Assembly: GCA_030753015.1 (NCBI GenBank)
Contig: JASMDC010000005.1
Span: 32,001 to 96,000, forward strand
Reading direction: 5' to 3'
Origin: Candidatus Undinarchaeales archaeon
GTDB taxonomy: Archaea; SpSt-1190; JASMDC01
DNA length: 64,000 bases
Below, piece after piece: positions 18,125-28,279 of this stretch. The notes under the pieces are model-generated. The model did not search any database, was not told the origin of the DNA, and saw only the letters and a program-made list of their open reading frames with translations. Made by a program: the position numbers and the translations under genes. Numbering within the stretch: the first letter of the stretch is position 1; each line of letters starts with the position of its first letter.

Positions 18125-20086
18125 CTACTTCTCAATCTTCCAGAAATGATCGAGGGTCGCTTTCAGGGCCTTGGTGTTGTAGACGCGGATCATCTCGTCT
18201 TTAAGGGAGTCGGGGACCAGTTTGAGGTACCGGTCGTTGAGGATGCGGTTGTCGATGAGATAGACCACGCCCCGGTCACGCATCGTACGGATGAGGCGGC
18301 CTTTTGCCTGCATGATGCGTGCCAGCGCCGGGTAGGTGAACACGTAGTTGTAGCCATCACCGAAACTGCGCTGCAGGTAGCGCTGGAGCCGCTTGTTCTC
18401 CTCCGAGGGGACCGGGATGCCCATCCCGACGACGATGACACCGATGACGCCCTCCTCCTTGAGGTCGATACCCTCCGAGAAGGAACCGCCCAGTACACCG
18501 AGCAGGACGGTCGGCATCTTCATCAGCCCGCGTGTGCGCATGTCGGACATCATTCGGTCCCTCTCGCGCTGGTTTAGCGAGCGCTTCTCCTCGAGCATCT
18601 TGATCCCCCGTGGGAGGTCGAGCCGCTTGGAGTACTTGGCGAGCTCGCGGTAGGACGAGAAGAACACCAGATAGTTGCCCGGATAGGTCGTCACCATGGT
18701 CTCTAGGCGTTCAGTCACACCGTTCAAGGTGTCGGGGAGGTCCCGGTAGCGCATGGAGTTGTTCATTCGCGCGTCGACCAGCACCAGGCGGTTCTCGGGG
18801 GGGAAGGGTGACGGGTATGTTGCGGCCATGCAGCCATCGCCCAGGCCCAGGATGCGCCGGTAGTAGGGCTGCGGGCTGAGCGTGGCGCTCTGGATGATCG
18901 CGGCACGGAAGGCGTCCACCTGCCGGCGCACCTCCATCGAGACGTCGAGCTTCTTGAGCCGGAGGAGATGGTCCTTCTGACCGTCCCGCCATGATACCAC
19001 GATGTAGTTCTCGTTGAACGAGGGGTCCTTGGCGAAGCGGAGGATGGCCGCGCAGTTATCGGCAAAGCGGGAGAGAGAGCGCTCGGACCGTTCCTGGTGG
19101 TCCTTGTTTGGGATCTGGGCCAGTCCGCGGGCGAGATCGGATTTGAATTCCTTGTCCTCCATGCTCCGCACGACAGCGGATGCGGGCTCCGCCAGCTCCT
19201 TGATCTCTACAGCAGAAGTGGGGACGACCGTGTCCAGGCCGTCACCCCTGTTCGTACGCTGACAAACATCCTTGACCGTGTCGGCAAGGGCGCCCACCTC
19301 CTCGGTCAGGGCAGTGAAGGGACCGGCCGTCCGGCTGTCCAGGGTCGCAAGTGTCGTGGAGACGATGTCCAATGCCTTCTGGGTTAGAGTCGCCGAGTAG
19401 AACGCCAGCACACGGTCGTACAGGTTGTGTCCCTCGTCCACGACGAGCATGCGCTTGCTGTAGTCCAGCTCGTAATGAGAGGTCATCACCTCGGCGATGC
19501 CCGGTGAGAACACGTAGTTATAGTCGCACACCACGATATCGGCGGTCTTCGCCAACCGCATCGCGGTGCGATGAGGACAGTACTCCGCGCTCCGTCCGAA
19601 CGAGATGAGCGACGGTACGTCCAGATAGACCGTGCTCCTCCTAAAACGCTTGATCTCCTTGTTCACGTCCCGGGGGTTGTCGTACTGGGCGATGTTCTTC
19701 TGGCCGTCACGGCGCTTCTCCTGGAGGTAGGGGCACCGTTTGACGGCACACTGGAGACGGCGGCGGTTGATGCACAGGTCCCCCTTCGACACCAGATCGA
19801 GCACCCTGAACTCGTGGCCCTGCTTGTTAATCCGGCGCACATCATCGAACACCACAGCGTGCTGGGTCTTGCGTGGTGTGACGAACACGATGCCCTCGAT
19901 CTCGCCACGCTCAACCGCCTCCAGTCCCGGTACGATGGCGTTGAGGGTCTTTCCGGTCCCCGTCGGGCTCTCTACGAGGGCGATACCACGGTCACGGATG
20001 GTGCTCCGATTGGCCTCGATGATATCCTCTTGGCCTGCGCGGAAGGAGGAGTAGGGAAAGTACTTCGCTCCCGGGGGCGTGGCCAT
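18125..20086 (-). CDS. XPD/Rad3/DinG family Fe-S SF2 DNA helicase
   Basis: FPY..R.GQ Q-motif, SPTGTGKT, four Cys (LCIN, QC...CPY, YCPH), DEGHN, SATL, SEGID, QAKGRLIR. Confidence 0.92.
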   Translation of the reverse strand: MATPPGAKYFPYSSFRAGQEDIIEANRSTIRDRGIALVESPTGTGKTLNAIVPGLEAVERGEIEGIVFVTPRKTQHAVVFDDVRRINKQGHEFRVLDLVSKGDLCINRRRLQCAVKRCPYLQEKRRDGQKNIAQYDNPRDVNKEIKRFRRSTVYLDVPSLISFGRSAEYCPHRTAMRLAKTADIVVCDYNYVFSPGIAEVMTSHYELDYSKRMLVVDEGHNLYDRVLAFYSATLTQKALDIVSTTLATLDSRTAGPFTALTEEVGALADTVKDVCQRTNRGDGLDTVVPTSAVEIKELAEPASAVVRSMEDKEFKSDLARGLAQIPNKDHQERSERSLSRFADNCAAILRFAKDPSFNENYIVVSWRDGQKDHLLRLKKLDVSMEVRRQVDAFRAAIIQSATLSPQPYYRRILGLGDGCMAATYPSPFPPENRLVLVDARMNNSMRYRDLPDTLNGVTERLETMVTTYPGNYLVFFSSYRELAKYSKRLDLPRGIKMLEEKRSLNQRERDRMMSDMRTRGLMKMPTVLLGVLGGSFSEGIDLKEEGVIGVIVVGMGIPVPSEENKRLQRYLQRSFGDGYNYVFTYPALARIMQAKGRLIRTMRDRGVVYLIDNRILNDRYLKLVPDSLKDEMIRVYNTKALKATLDHFWKIEK

Positions 20087-20379
20087 GTCGGGAGCGCCGG
20101 GGGCATAGGATAAATATGTTCGCTCGGGACCGCCGGGGGGCCTGAGCCCATTGCACCGTAGGCACCGAGGCAGTGACCTCGGTCGGGGGGTGTGAGCATC
20201 TTTTATCCAGGACCTGTGATATCCGAAGCGCATCTCGGATACATGACGAGGACCAGTCCGGTCCGCACAGACTCTCGGGTAAAGGTACGACAGTAACTTA
20301 TATTGGAAATCGTTCTCGCTATACAGACACGAGAAGGGGATTCTCTGCCTGTAAGTTTGTGACGGTTCTTTCGTATACT

Positions 20380-20407
20380 AGTGCGCATTAGGGGCGATAT
20401 CCGAATA
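20380..20407 (+). other. dif/Xer-like recombination site (degenerate)
   Basis: AGTGCGCATTA-GGGGCG-ATATCCGAATA has an 11-6-11 layout; left arm is 9/11 to the E. coli XerC arm GGTGCGCATAA. Confidence 0.45.
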
Positions 20408-20491
20408 CGAAGGAGGGTCACTTTTTCTGAAAGAAAATTGCAGATATAGGTAGTTGCACGCCATCGTCGACTGTCCCGTAAGCAGGACTGA

Positions 20492-20758
20492 TCAAGTCTT
20501 GTAGATGTTATCGTGATGATCGTAATCTTCGATGATGACGGTTTTCGTTCTTTCATTGACAGAGAAGACCATTACGAAATTACTATCGATGTGAACTCTT
20601 TTCAGATGTTGTAGTGGTTTTCGCAGGTTCTTGTACCTGTGAGGATTGATTACGATCTCGTCGATTTTCTTGAAAATGATTTCCAACTGGCCCGGATCCT
20701 TCTTCGCCAGCTTGAAGAAGACCTTCTCGACTGATTTCCTGAGCTCGTAATTATACAT
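20492..20758 (-). CDS. RelE/ParE-superfamily type II toxin
   Basis: ~88 aa basic protein; I..NP.RYKNL...LKRVHI...FV.VF...DYDHHDNIY; overlaps the antitoxin stop. Confidence 0.85.
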   Translation of the reverse strand: MYNYELRKSVEKVFFKLAKKDPGQLEIIFKKIDEIVINPHRYKNLRKPLQHLKRVHIDSNFVMVFSVNERTKTVIIEDYDHHDNIYKT

Positions 20759-21000
20759 CACTTATTTAGCCCGAAATGCTTTCTGAAATCCTTGACCTTG
20801 ACGGTCCTCTCCTGTTGCCTCGCGTTCATCTTCTCGATGAATTCGGGCCTGAGCTCCGGTTCGAAGAGTTCGTCTTCATAGACATGGATGATGTACTCGA
20901 TCGCTTGCGACTTGTTACGAAAGCCATGCAATCCTTTTACAACGTTGACCACTCTGTCCTCTTCCGCAGTCAACGTGACTAGTGCCTGGACCATGATCAT
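20758..21000 (-). CDS. Antitoxin (DUF2683-like)
   Basis: MVQALV...VNVVKG..GFRNKSQAI...EPELRPEFIEK; upstream of the toxin with an AGGTGA RBS. Confidence 0.8.
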   Translation of the reverse strand: MIMVQALVTLTAEEDRVVNVVKGLHGFRNKSQAIEYIIHVYEDELFEPELRPEFIEKMNARQQERTVKVKDFRKHFGLNK

Positions 21001-21013
21001 TCACCTTTGATAC

Positions 21014-21046
21014 TAACTATATATTATGCTTCGTAACTATTTATTA
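21014..21046. promoter_or_regulatory. Tandem direct repeats in the TA promoter (putative operator)
   Basis: TAACTATATATTA (21014-21026) and TAACTATTTATTA (21034-21046), 20-bp period. Confidence 0.55.
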
Positions 21047-21218
21047 CTTTTCATTATGTTTTATAACGGAACGAAAACCGACGGTTACGACGGCGTACAA
21101 CAGTGGGTTATCCGACCCAGCTTCTTCCTCCATATAACTGTAAGAGGCACACCTACGTTGTCGCCCCCTCAGCCTGAATAACACCCATGTGGATATCCGA
21201 ATTACTGATTTTTCCCAA

Positions 21219-21246
21219 CGACGCGATAATAGTGGTTATGCGACGT
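21219..21246 (+). other. dif/Xer-like recombination site
   Basis: CGACGCGATAA-TAGTGG-TTATGCGACGT has the canonical ATAA-N6-TTAT core. Confidence 0.5.
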
Positions 21247-21492
21247 CATTTCTAGCGTTCAGAATGTTGACGAATTCTAAATGATAGAGTAATCAGTTTA
21301 CCTGCTCTAACTGCTTACTATATCATTATGAAATGCATGCGCATAAGCCATGAGTCCATTTCTCCACGCCAACACCACCCTCACCGCTACGAAGGCAGAG
21401 GCAAGTGAAGTCGTCTAAGCAGGCACCAAACGCAGTGAGCCCTTCCGGGCGATGGACGCTGGAAATCCACGGATCCTATCCTCGGGAGAATG

Positions 21493-22473
21493 TCACCGCA
21501 TCCACTCGTGCAACGAATGGTAGCGGGGCGCCGGGTGGTCGTCCTCGCCATCCAACTGGGCGCGTAACAGGCCGAGGGTCGCTGTACACTCGGCAACGGC
21601 GTTGTGGCGATGTATGCTCTCCATGCTCTCCATCCTCGCGACCACGAGTGCTTGATCGGATAGCTCGGGGAAATGTGTCGTCACACCGCCCACCATGGAA
21701 CGCACCGCGTCCTCGACGAACCGCGGTCGCTTGTGAGCGCGGGACACGACATGGGCCTCGTCGGGGCGCTTGAGCACCTCGAACACCGGCGAGGAGAATG
21801 CGTCCTCGACGATATCGATGAGCATGTCCGCCTCCACTCTGAGCCGTGGATCAGCGAGCCCGACGGTGAGCTCGGCACGGCCTCGCTGGTTGTGCGTGGC
21901 GATGGGGAGCCTGCCAAGGACCTTGTCGATCGCAGCATCGTCCATCCCTGCCTCGACCAGCACCTCACGCGACGTCTCCCGCATCATCTCCTGCGCGCAG
22001 GGACAGGCGAGCATCCCTTCCACCTCGACCCCTATCGTGCGTCGCGTGGAGATATCGCCGTTCTTGCGCCTGGCCACGGCCCTGCCCACAAGTGTGTACA
22101 TCTCCTGGCTCCGTCGCCCGCTCACGGGGCTTTTGCGGTCAAGAGGGTACTCCGCGGCGAGGTGCACCTCGGTGCGGGTCGCTTCAGGATGCCGTTCCAA
22201 GAGCCGAGAGGCCACCTCGGTGCAGAACTGCTCGACGTCCGCGACCTCATGCTCGACACCCTCCTCGATGACCTCGTTGATCGTGTCCGTGCACCGGGAC
22301 ATGTGGATCCCTTTCTTCATCGGATTGAGGTCGATATACACCTCGATATGGGCAGCGAGCGCATTATCCTTCCCTCCGCGTCGGCGAACGATGAGCTTGC
22401 GGATGCCCGTGACCCCTACCCTGTTGAGGGTGATACGGTGGTCGGGCGCCAGTTCCTGCACATCGGCAGTCAT
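21493..22473 (-). CDS. mptA: GTP cyclohydrolase MptA/FolE2
   Basis: KGIHMSR, ACPCA, THNQRG, LKRPDE, PRFVED, ESIHRHNA. Confidence 0.9.
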   Translation of the reverse strand: MTADVQELAPDHRITLNRVGVTGIRKLIVRRRGGKDNALAAHIEVYIDLNPMKKGIHMSRCTDTINEVIEEGVEHEVADVEQFCTEVASRLLERHPEATRTEVHLAAEYPLDRKSPVSGRRSQEMYTLVGRAVARRKNGDISTRRTIGVEVEGMLACPCAQEMMRETSREVLVEAGMDDAAIDKVLGRLPIATHNQRGRAELTVGLADPRLRVEADMLIDIVEDAFSSPVFEVLKRPDEAHVVSRAHKRPRFVEDAVRSMVGGVTTHFPELSDQALVVARMESMESIHRHNAVAECTATLGLLRAQLDGEDDHPAPRYHSLHEWMR

Positions 22474-22485
22474 GGTTCTAGCACC

Positions 22486-23262
22486 TCAGGGAAATCCGGC
22501 CTGGCGGTGCCCCTGGACCGAGAGCGAGACCGCCTCGACGGGCAGACGCTCGCAGGCAGCGTCGGCGAAGCTGAGCAGGAGGCGGAGCGACGGGGGGAGG
22601 GCATCTCCCAGAGGGGTCACCGGCTGGATGGCCAGTGGGACATCGGTCTCGGCCAGGAGCCCGGCCACATACCCAACGTCCTGCTCACGAGTACGCCCCG
22701 TGACGACGAGCTTGGCATAGGTCGCGCACCCTTCCTTCTTGAAGGTCACTGCACTGGCCACTTCACGTGCAACGAGCTCCTTCCAATCTTTATCTCCGTG
22801 TGCCCCGGCCGTGCGGTCCTTGATATCCACGCTGGCCACGTCCACTAGTTTCGCTACCTTCTTCGCGGCCTTGGGATCGTTGCCGTTCGTTTCCAGAAAG
22901 ACGGGCAGCTTCTTCTTCTTGAGGATCGTGAACACCTTCTTGAGAAAAGGGACGTGGAGCAGAGGCTCGCCCCCGGTGAACGATACCGAATGGAACGACG
23001 GGGTACGTAGAGCAAGCACTGCGTCGACGACCTGGGTGGGCGTCATGGGATTCTCGATCTCGCGCCGGCGGGAACCGGGAGTCGCCTCCACGAGGGCAGG
23101 TTGTCCCGAGGGGCCAAGGAGATGGGCCGTGTCGCACCAGTCACACCGGACATCGCATCCTCGGAGTCGGACGAACACCTGGCGGCAGCCTGCGCACGAG
23201 CCGGACACGGTCCCACCCTCCCCTTGGAAGGAGGTGAATATCTCGTGCACCTCGGTATCCAT
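22486..23262 (-). CDS. queE: 7-carboxy-7-deazaguanine synthase-like radical SAM protein
   Basis: EIF.SFQGEG, FVRL.GCxxxCxxCDT, TGGEPL, LETNG. Confidence 0.8.
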   Translation of the reverse strand: MDTEVHEIFTSFQGEGGTVSGSCAGCRQVFVRLRGCDVRCDWCDTAHLLGPSGQPALVEATPGSRRREIENPMTPTQVVDAVLALRTPSFHSVSFTGGEPLLHVPFLKKVFTILKKKKLPVFLETNGNDPKAAKKVAKLVDVASVDIKDRTAGAHGDKDWKELVAREVASAVTFKKEGCATYAKLVVTGRTREQDVGYVAGLLAETDVPLAIQPVTPLGDALPPSLRLLLSFADAACERLPVEAVSLSVQGHRQAGFP

Positions 23263-23316
23263 TGCGGGTGCCAGCAGCGGAGGATTTATAAATGCCTCGG
23301 ACAGAGCGGCAGCGGC

Positions 23317-24867
23317 TCACATGACCTCGAACATGGGAGTCTCGTCAAGCAGACGCTTGACGCGCCTGAGCTTGTCCTCGCTACCCGCGTACACCGTAGC
23401 GAGCACGTCGCCACGATTGACGAACTCGTTGAACTTCCGGTTGAGGTAGACTCCCGCGCTCTTGTTCTGGGGGGAACCCGCCATGCGTGCTACCTTGGCG
23501 ACGACCGCGTTCACGGTATCGAGCATCTTTCCGGATCGCTCCGCCACTATGTCGTACGTGTGGGGCGCCAGCTTCAGGTCCTTGAGAGATACCTTTGGAT
23601 CTCCGCCCTGGGCCTTGATGATCTTCTGCATCTGCTTCCAGGCCTTGCCAGAGCGGAGCACCTTCTCCGCGACCTTGATGCCATCGCCTCTTCGTCCACC
23701 ATCCTTGAAGCGCTCGATGCCGATTAGCTCGATGAGGCGGCCTGCTATCCGCAGAGACTTCTCCTCCAGGTCCTTGGGGGCATCGGGCTTGTTCTGCAGG
23801 ACCTTGAGCACATCCCGTACCTCGAGCACGGGGCCGATACCATTGCCGATCGGCTCGTCCCCATAGCTGATGAGCACGTCGACCTTCATGCCCAGCATCC
23901 GGCCGAGCCTGATGATGATGCTCTTCAGGTGCTTGACCTCGCCGATGGAACTTATCTTCGCCTCATAGCCCAGTGGCAGGTCGAAGAGGACATGGGTCGA
24001 GCCCATGGAATATTTCTTGGCGAGGATGGAGGGGAGGAACAGCCCGATAGGGTCCAGTCCCATGGGCTTTCTCACCCTGATTAGCTTGTCGTCGGCAGGG
24101 GCCAGGTTGAGCCCGCCGCCCCAGGCGATGCAGCCGTTTGCCTTCTTCACGACATCGATAACCTTCTCCTTCGGTAGGATGACATCGGCCAGGACCTCCA
24201 TGGCATCCGCTGTCCCGGCAGCGGAGGAGATAGCACGGGACGAGCTCTTGGGCATGCACACGCCCAGCGCTGTAATGATAGGGACCACGATGAGGGTGGT
24301 GCGGTTGCCCGGGACGCCACCGGAGCAGTGCTTGTCAGCCACCACATCGTGGGGGAACGACATGGTCTCGCCCGTGTTCACCAGTGCCCGGGTAAGGCTG
24401 GTGATCTCGTTGAGGGTCATGTCCGACATGGCCACGGCCGAGATGAAGGAGGCGAGCTCTACCCCGGTGAGCCGGTCGTCAACCACGTCGGCGATGATGG
24501 CGTTGAGATCGTGCTCGGAAAGCTCCTCACCGGCCATCTTCTTCTTGATGTATTCGATGGAGGGGGGTTTCCCCAGGGGCGTGAGGGAGATCTCCTGCCC
24601 GTCCTCGATGCCAAGGCTGATGAACGTGTCCTCGAACAGGGCGACCTCGTAACCGGAACGCGACTCGGTCCAGAAATCGACGGTGGCCACGCACGAAACC
24701 CGTTTCTTGTCGTCCTCCAGGTACGGTGCGTCCTCGCCGTTCTCGGGCACGGTCAGCCGCACGCGGTCCATGGGATGGAGGTCAAGGTCCTGGGCGACCT
24801 TGGGCCCCACGGCCACGACGTTGGTACCGCCTGTAAGTATATCGATCTTGTGAGCGATAACGCGCAT
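23317..24867 (-). CDS. AMP phosphorylase (thymidine phosphorylase family, archaeal)
   Basis: N-terminal extra domain, DKHCSGGVPGN, KSSSRAISSAAGTAD, NLAPADD, PIGNGIGP. Confidence 0.9.
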   Translation of the reverse strand: MRVIAHKIDILTGGTNVVAVGPKVAQDLDLHPMDRVRLTVPENGEDAPYLEDDKKRVSCVATVDFWTESRSGYEVALFEDTFISLGIEDGQEISLTPLGKPPSIEYIKKKMAGEELSEHDLNAIIADVVDDRLTGVELASFISAVAMSDMTLNEITSLTRALVNTGETMSFPHDVVADKHCSGGVPGNRTTLIVVPIITALGVCMPKSSSRAISSAAGTADAMEVLADVILPKEKVIDVVKKANGCIAWGGGLNLAPADDKLIRVRKPMGLDPIGLFLPSILAKKYSMGSTHVLFDLPLGYEAKISSIGEVKHLKSIIIRLGRMLGMKVDVLISYGDEPIGNGIGPVLEVRDVLKVLQNKPDAPKDLEEKSLRIAGRLIELIGIERFKDGGRRGDGIKVAEKVLRSGKAWKQMQKIIKAQGGDPKVSLKDLKLAPHTYDIVAERSGKMLDTVNAVVAKVARMAGSPQNKSAGVYLNRKFNEFVNRGDVLATVYAGSEDKLRRVKRLLDETPMFEVM

Positions 24868-25020
24868 GGTGACCCACCCCTCGGGACGCCAAGCTTAATA
24901 AAGGCAGGTAATATCAGCCCGGGCGTGCGCCGATGAGCCACGTGTGCGCTGTCATGACACGCGCCGCTTTGGGCGCTACATATAAAAGCCACATAACGCA
25001 GGTTAGCCTCGGGTGATATC

Positions 25021-26265
25021 ATGAAGACCCTCGAGACCCTTTTCTCGCGCTCGGCAAAGATGATGAAGGCATCCGAGATCAGAGAGCTCCTGAAGCTCAC
25101 CCGGCAGCCGGAGATCATCTCTTTTGCCGGAGGCCTTCCGAACCCCGACGCCTTCCCCGTCGGGAACATCAAGAAGATGGTGGACCACGTCATGGAGCGC
25201 CACGCCCGTGATGCTCTCCAGTACGGCACCACTGAGGGCCACAACAAGCTGCGAGCTGCTATCGTCCATGGGATGAAGCAGATCGACGATGTTACAACGG
25301 ACATACACAACATCATCATCACCACCGGCTCCCAGGAGGCCCTCTACCTCCTGAGCAAGGTGCTCCTCGACCCGGGTGACACCGTGCTCACCGCAGCTCC
25401 CACCTACATCGGCGCCACCTCGACCTTCCTTGCTCATCAGGCGAACATCGAGTGCATACCTATTGACGAGAACGGCATCAGGGTCGACCTTCTGGAGGGC
25501 GAGCTTGAGCGGATGTCCCGTCGTAAGAAGCTGCCCAAGTTCTTGTACCTCGTCCCCAGCTTCCAGAACCCGACCGGGGTCACCATCCCCCCCGACCACC
25601 GAAGTAAGATCTATGATCTCGTCTGCCAGTACGATCTGCTGCTGGTGGAGGACAACCCCTACGGCCTCCTGTGCTACGACGGTGACCGCGTGCTGCCCAT
25701 AAAGGCCCAGGACACCGAGGACCGGGTGCTCTTCCTCGGTACGTTCTCCAAGATCCTCGCCCCCGGGTTCCGTGTCGCGTGGTCCTGCGGCCCCGCCGAG
25801 CTGGTCAACAAGATGTCGCTCGCCAAGCAGGCTGTGGACCTGTGCTCCAACACCTTTGGCCAGTACGTGGTATACGAGGCCATACACCACAACCTCCTGT
25901 TCCCCCACGTCGATGTGATCAAGCGCCTCTACAAGGAGAAGCGCGACGCCATGCTGGACGCCATGGAGCGGTACTTCCCCAAGGAGGCCAAGTGGAACAT
26001 CCCCCAGGGCGGCCTCTTCATCTGGGTCCGATTGCCCTACTCGATCAACACCAAGGACATGTTCCCGCGGGCGGTGGCGAACAACGTTGCCTACGTGGTG
26101 GGCCAGGCGTTCTACCCTGACGGATCGGGCTCGAACACCATGCGTCTGAACTTCTCGCACTCGACAAACGAGCAGATCGAGGAGGGCATCAAGCGCCTCG
26201 GTATGGTGATCAATGACCAGCTCCACAAGGAGGGGCTCGAGCCAGAGTTCATCACCTCCGTGTAG
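25021..26265 (+). CDS. PLP-dependent class I aminotransferase (LysN/ARO8-like)
   Basis: SEIRELL, ISFAGGLP, LQYG, FQNPTG, EDNPY, TFSKILAPG.R, RLNFS. Confidence 0.92.
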   Translation: MKTLETLFSRSAKMMKASEIRELLKLTRQPEIISFAGGLPNPDAFPVGNIKKMVDHVMERHARDALQYGTTEGHNKLRAAIVHGMKQIDDVTTDIHNIIITTGSQEALYLLSKVLLDPGDTVLTAAPTYIGATSTFLAHQANIECIPIDENGIRVDLLEGELERMSRRKKLPKFLYLVPSFQNPTGVTIPPDHRSKIYDLVCQYDLLLVEDNPYGLLCYDGDRVLPIKAQDTEDRVLFLGTFSKILAPGFRVAWSCGPAELVNKMSLAKQAVDLCSNTFGQYVVYEAIHHNLLFPHVDVIKRLYKEKRDAMLDAMERYFPKEAKWNIPQGGLFIWVRLPYSINTKDMFPRAVANNVAYVVGQAFYPDGSGSNTMRLNFSHSTNEQIEEGIKRLGMVINDQLHKEGLEPEFITSV

Positions 26266-26347
26266 CCGCCGCGTAAATCCACAAGCAGTCGGCTCGTGGG
26301 TGAAAGAGCAGTATAAGTATGATCCGGGATCGGCGATGATACCGTTC

Positions 26348-26875
26348 CTAGAACTCGATACCCTTCCTTGCCTTCATGCCCATAGTGGAGAAGGGGTGTT
26401 TAACCATCTTCATCTCGGTCACGAGGTCCGCCATCTCGAGGATCCTTGGATGCATGGTACGCCCGGTCAGGACGACCTCGACGTTCTCGCCCCTTCCATC
26501 CAGGGCCGAGATGAGGTCCTCGACATCCACGACGCCCATGTCCACAGCGACCCCTACCTCATCCAGTATGACTATGTCGTGATCACCGGACGAAAGACGT
26601 TCTGCGGCCATTTCCATGGCCCTCCTGCCCTCGGACAGGTCGGTCTCGTCGGGGTCGGCTATCAGGTCCGGTCTTCCGAACTGGTAGATGGAAAGAGCAT
26701 CTAGCTGTTTGGCCGATCTGAGCTCCCCGTATTTTGTATCGCCCTTCATGAACTGGATCATGCATACCCTGAACCCATGACCCGCCGCCCTGAGACCGAG
26801 ACCGAGCGCACACGTCGTCTTGCCCTTACCACTACCAAAGTAGACCTGTACCAGACCAAGATCGGACCTGCTCAA
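26348..26875 (-). CDS. cobO: Cob(I)yrinic acid a,c-diamide adenosyltransferase (CobO/BtuR)
   Basis: G.GKGKTT, QFMKG, ILDE, VLTGR, ADLVTEM..KHPF..G..ARKGIEF. Confidence 0.92.
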   Translation of the reverse strand: MSRSDLGLVQVYFGSGKGKTTCALGLGLRAAGHGFRVCMIQFMKGDTKYGELRSAKQLDALSIYQFGRPDLIADPDETDLSEGRRAMEMAAERLSSGDHDIVILDEVGVAVDMGVVDVEDLISALDGRGENVEVVLTGRTMHPRILEMADLVTEMKMVKHPFSTMGMKARKGIEF

Positions 26876-27870
26876 CCCTCATCATCCCCGCGTACCCTAT
26901 CAATGACATGGTCCTTTATCTCGTCTGCAGCCGAGTAGGGATCGATCCCACCGGAGTGGACCTTGTCAACGAGCTTTCCGAAGCCTTCAAAACCACCGAT
27001 GCTCTCAACGATGAAATCCCGGGCCAGGTCCTCGACGATGTCCTGCAGCCGCTGGGCGATCCTGTCCTTCTTCTTTCTTTCCAGGATACCTGAGAGCTCG
27101 ATATGATTTCTATGTCGCAGGACCTCATCAAGGAACTCCTCGATGCCCTCATCATCCTTGGCACTCGTCAGGACGACCGGTGGCCTCCAACCGGTCTGCC
27201 TGGTGTACGAGTCTAGCATCTGCTCCAATAGAACGGCGAGCGAATCGGCCCCCTCGAGGTCGGCCTTGTTCACGACCAAGACATCGCCTATCTCCACGAT
27301 GCCTGCCTTCTGTGCCTGTATCGAGTCGCCGAGCCCGGGCACGAAGACGACCACGGTGGTATTCGCTATGTTCGATATCCCGACCTCGGACTGACCCGCG
27401 CCCACGGTCTCGATGATCACGAAATCCTTGCCGAACGCGTCGAAGACTATCACCATGTCATCCGTTGCCTTGGACATCCCACCGATCCTGCCTCGTGCGG
27501 AGCTGCTGCGTATGAAGACACCAGAGTCAAGGAAGAGCTCCTTCATCCTGACCCTGTCGCCAAGGAACGCGCCTCCTGAGAAGGGGCTTGCAGGATCTAT
27601 GGAGATTATCCCTACCGTCTTCCCTCTCGCCCTGATCCTCTGGGTCAATTTAGTAACAAGGCTGCTCTTCCCGGACCCAAGAACCCCGGTGATCCCGATG
27701 ACGTACGTGTTGCCTCTATGAGCATGTATCTTCCTGATGATCTCTCGGGCCTTGTCCGGGAAGTCCTCGACTAGGGTTATCACGCGAGCCAGGGCCTTCT
27801 TGTCACCATCAAAGAAGCGGGTGATCAGATCGTCCAGATCATCCCTGCCCGGTTTCTCATGGTCACTCAC
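26872..27870 (-). CDS. meaB: MeaB/ArgK GTPase chaperone of B12 mutases
   Basis: GITG..GSGKS, DP.SPFSGGA.LGDR.RM, ETVG.GQSE, NKAD. Confidence 0.92.
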   Translation of the reverse strand: MSDHEKPGRDDLDDLITRFFDGDKKALARVITLVEDFPDKAREIIRKIHAHRGNTYVIGITGVLGSGKSSLVTKLTQRIRARGKTVGIISIDPASPFSGGAFLGDRVRMKELFLDSGVFIRSSSARGRIGGMSKATDDMVIVFDAFGKDFVIIETVGAGQSEVGISNIANTTVVVFVPGLGDSIQAQKAGIVEIGDVLVVNKADLEGADSLAVLLEQMLDSYTRQTGWRPPVVLTSAKDDEGIEEFLDEVLRHRNHIELSGILERKKKDRIAQRLQDIVEDLARDFIVESIGGFEGFGKLVDKVHSGGIDPYSAADEIKDHVIDRVRGDDEG

Positions 27871-28279
27871 CCGACTGACCTCTTGCGAAAAAGTCAAAGA
27901 TGAAGTCGACGATCTCTTTAGTGGGCGTGCCCGGACCGTAGATGTTCGCGACCCCCAGCTCCTTCAGCGCGTCTATGTCCTTCTTCAACACGATGGTACC
28001 GCCCGCAAGAAAGAGCACCTGGTCGAATATCCCCTCCTTCTTCGCGATCTCAAGAACTCGCGGGACAAGGGTCATGTGCGCTCCGGAGAGGATGGACATC
28101 CCGACGCAATCGACATCCTCTTGAATGGCCGCCTCCACGATCTGCTCGGGTGTCTGGTGCAGTCCCGTGTAGATCACTTCCATCCCCGCGTCCCGAAGTG
28201 CCATGGAGACAACCTTCGCCCCTCGGTCGTGCCCGTCGAGCCCGGGCTTCGCCATCAGGAACCTCTTGCCTCGTGCCAT
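27863..28279 (-). CDS. Acyl-CoA mutase cobalamin-binding small subunit
   Basis: [12 protein letters not shown] (DxHxxG), SILSGAH, GG motifs. Confidence 0.92.
   Translation of the reverse strand: MARGKRFLMAKPGLDGHDRGAKVVSMALRDAGMEVIYTGLHQTPEQIVEAAIQEDVDCVGMSILSGAHMTLVPRVLEIAKKEGIFDQVLFLAGGTIVLKKDIDALKELGVANIYGPGTPTKEIVDFIFDFFARGQSGE

Noticed and set aside
20203-20556. 117-aa ORF in the AT-rich islet
   Set aside because: Overlaps the toxin in another frame, crosses the dif-like site and has no protein-like features
21050-21390. Replication origin or CRISPR leader/array
   Set aside because: No ORB-like boxes, no cdc6 nearby, no regularly spaced repeats
24950-24959. TGTCATGACA palindrome between divergent promoters
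   Set aside because: A single 10-bp palindrome is expected by chance in 64 kb; no second copy noticed
25003-26226. Long antisense or alternate-frame ORFs (also 33932-35212, 35353-36603, 46610-48322, 63411-63950)
   Set aside because: High-GC codon-bias shadows of well-supported genes
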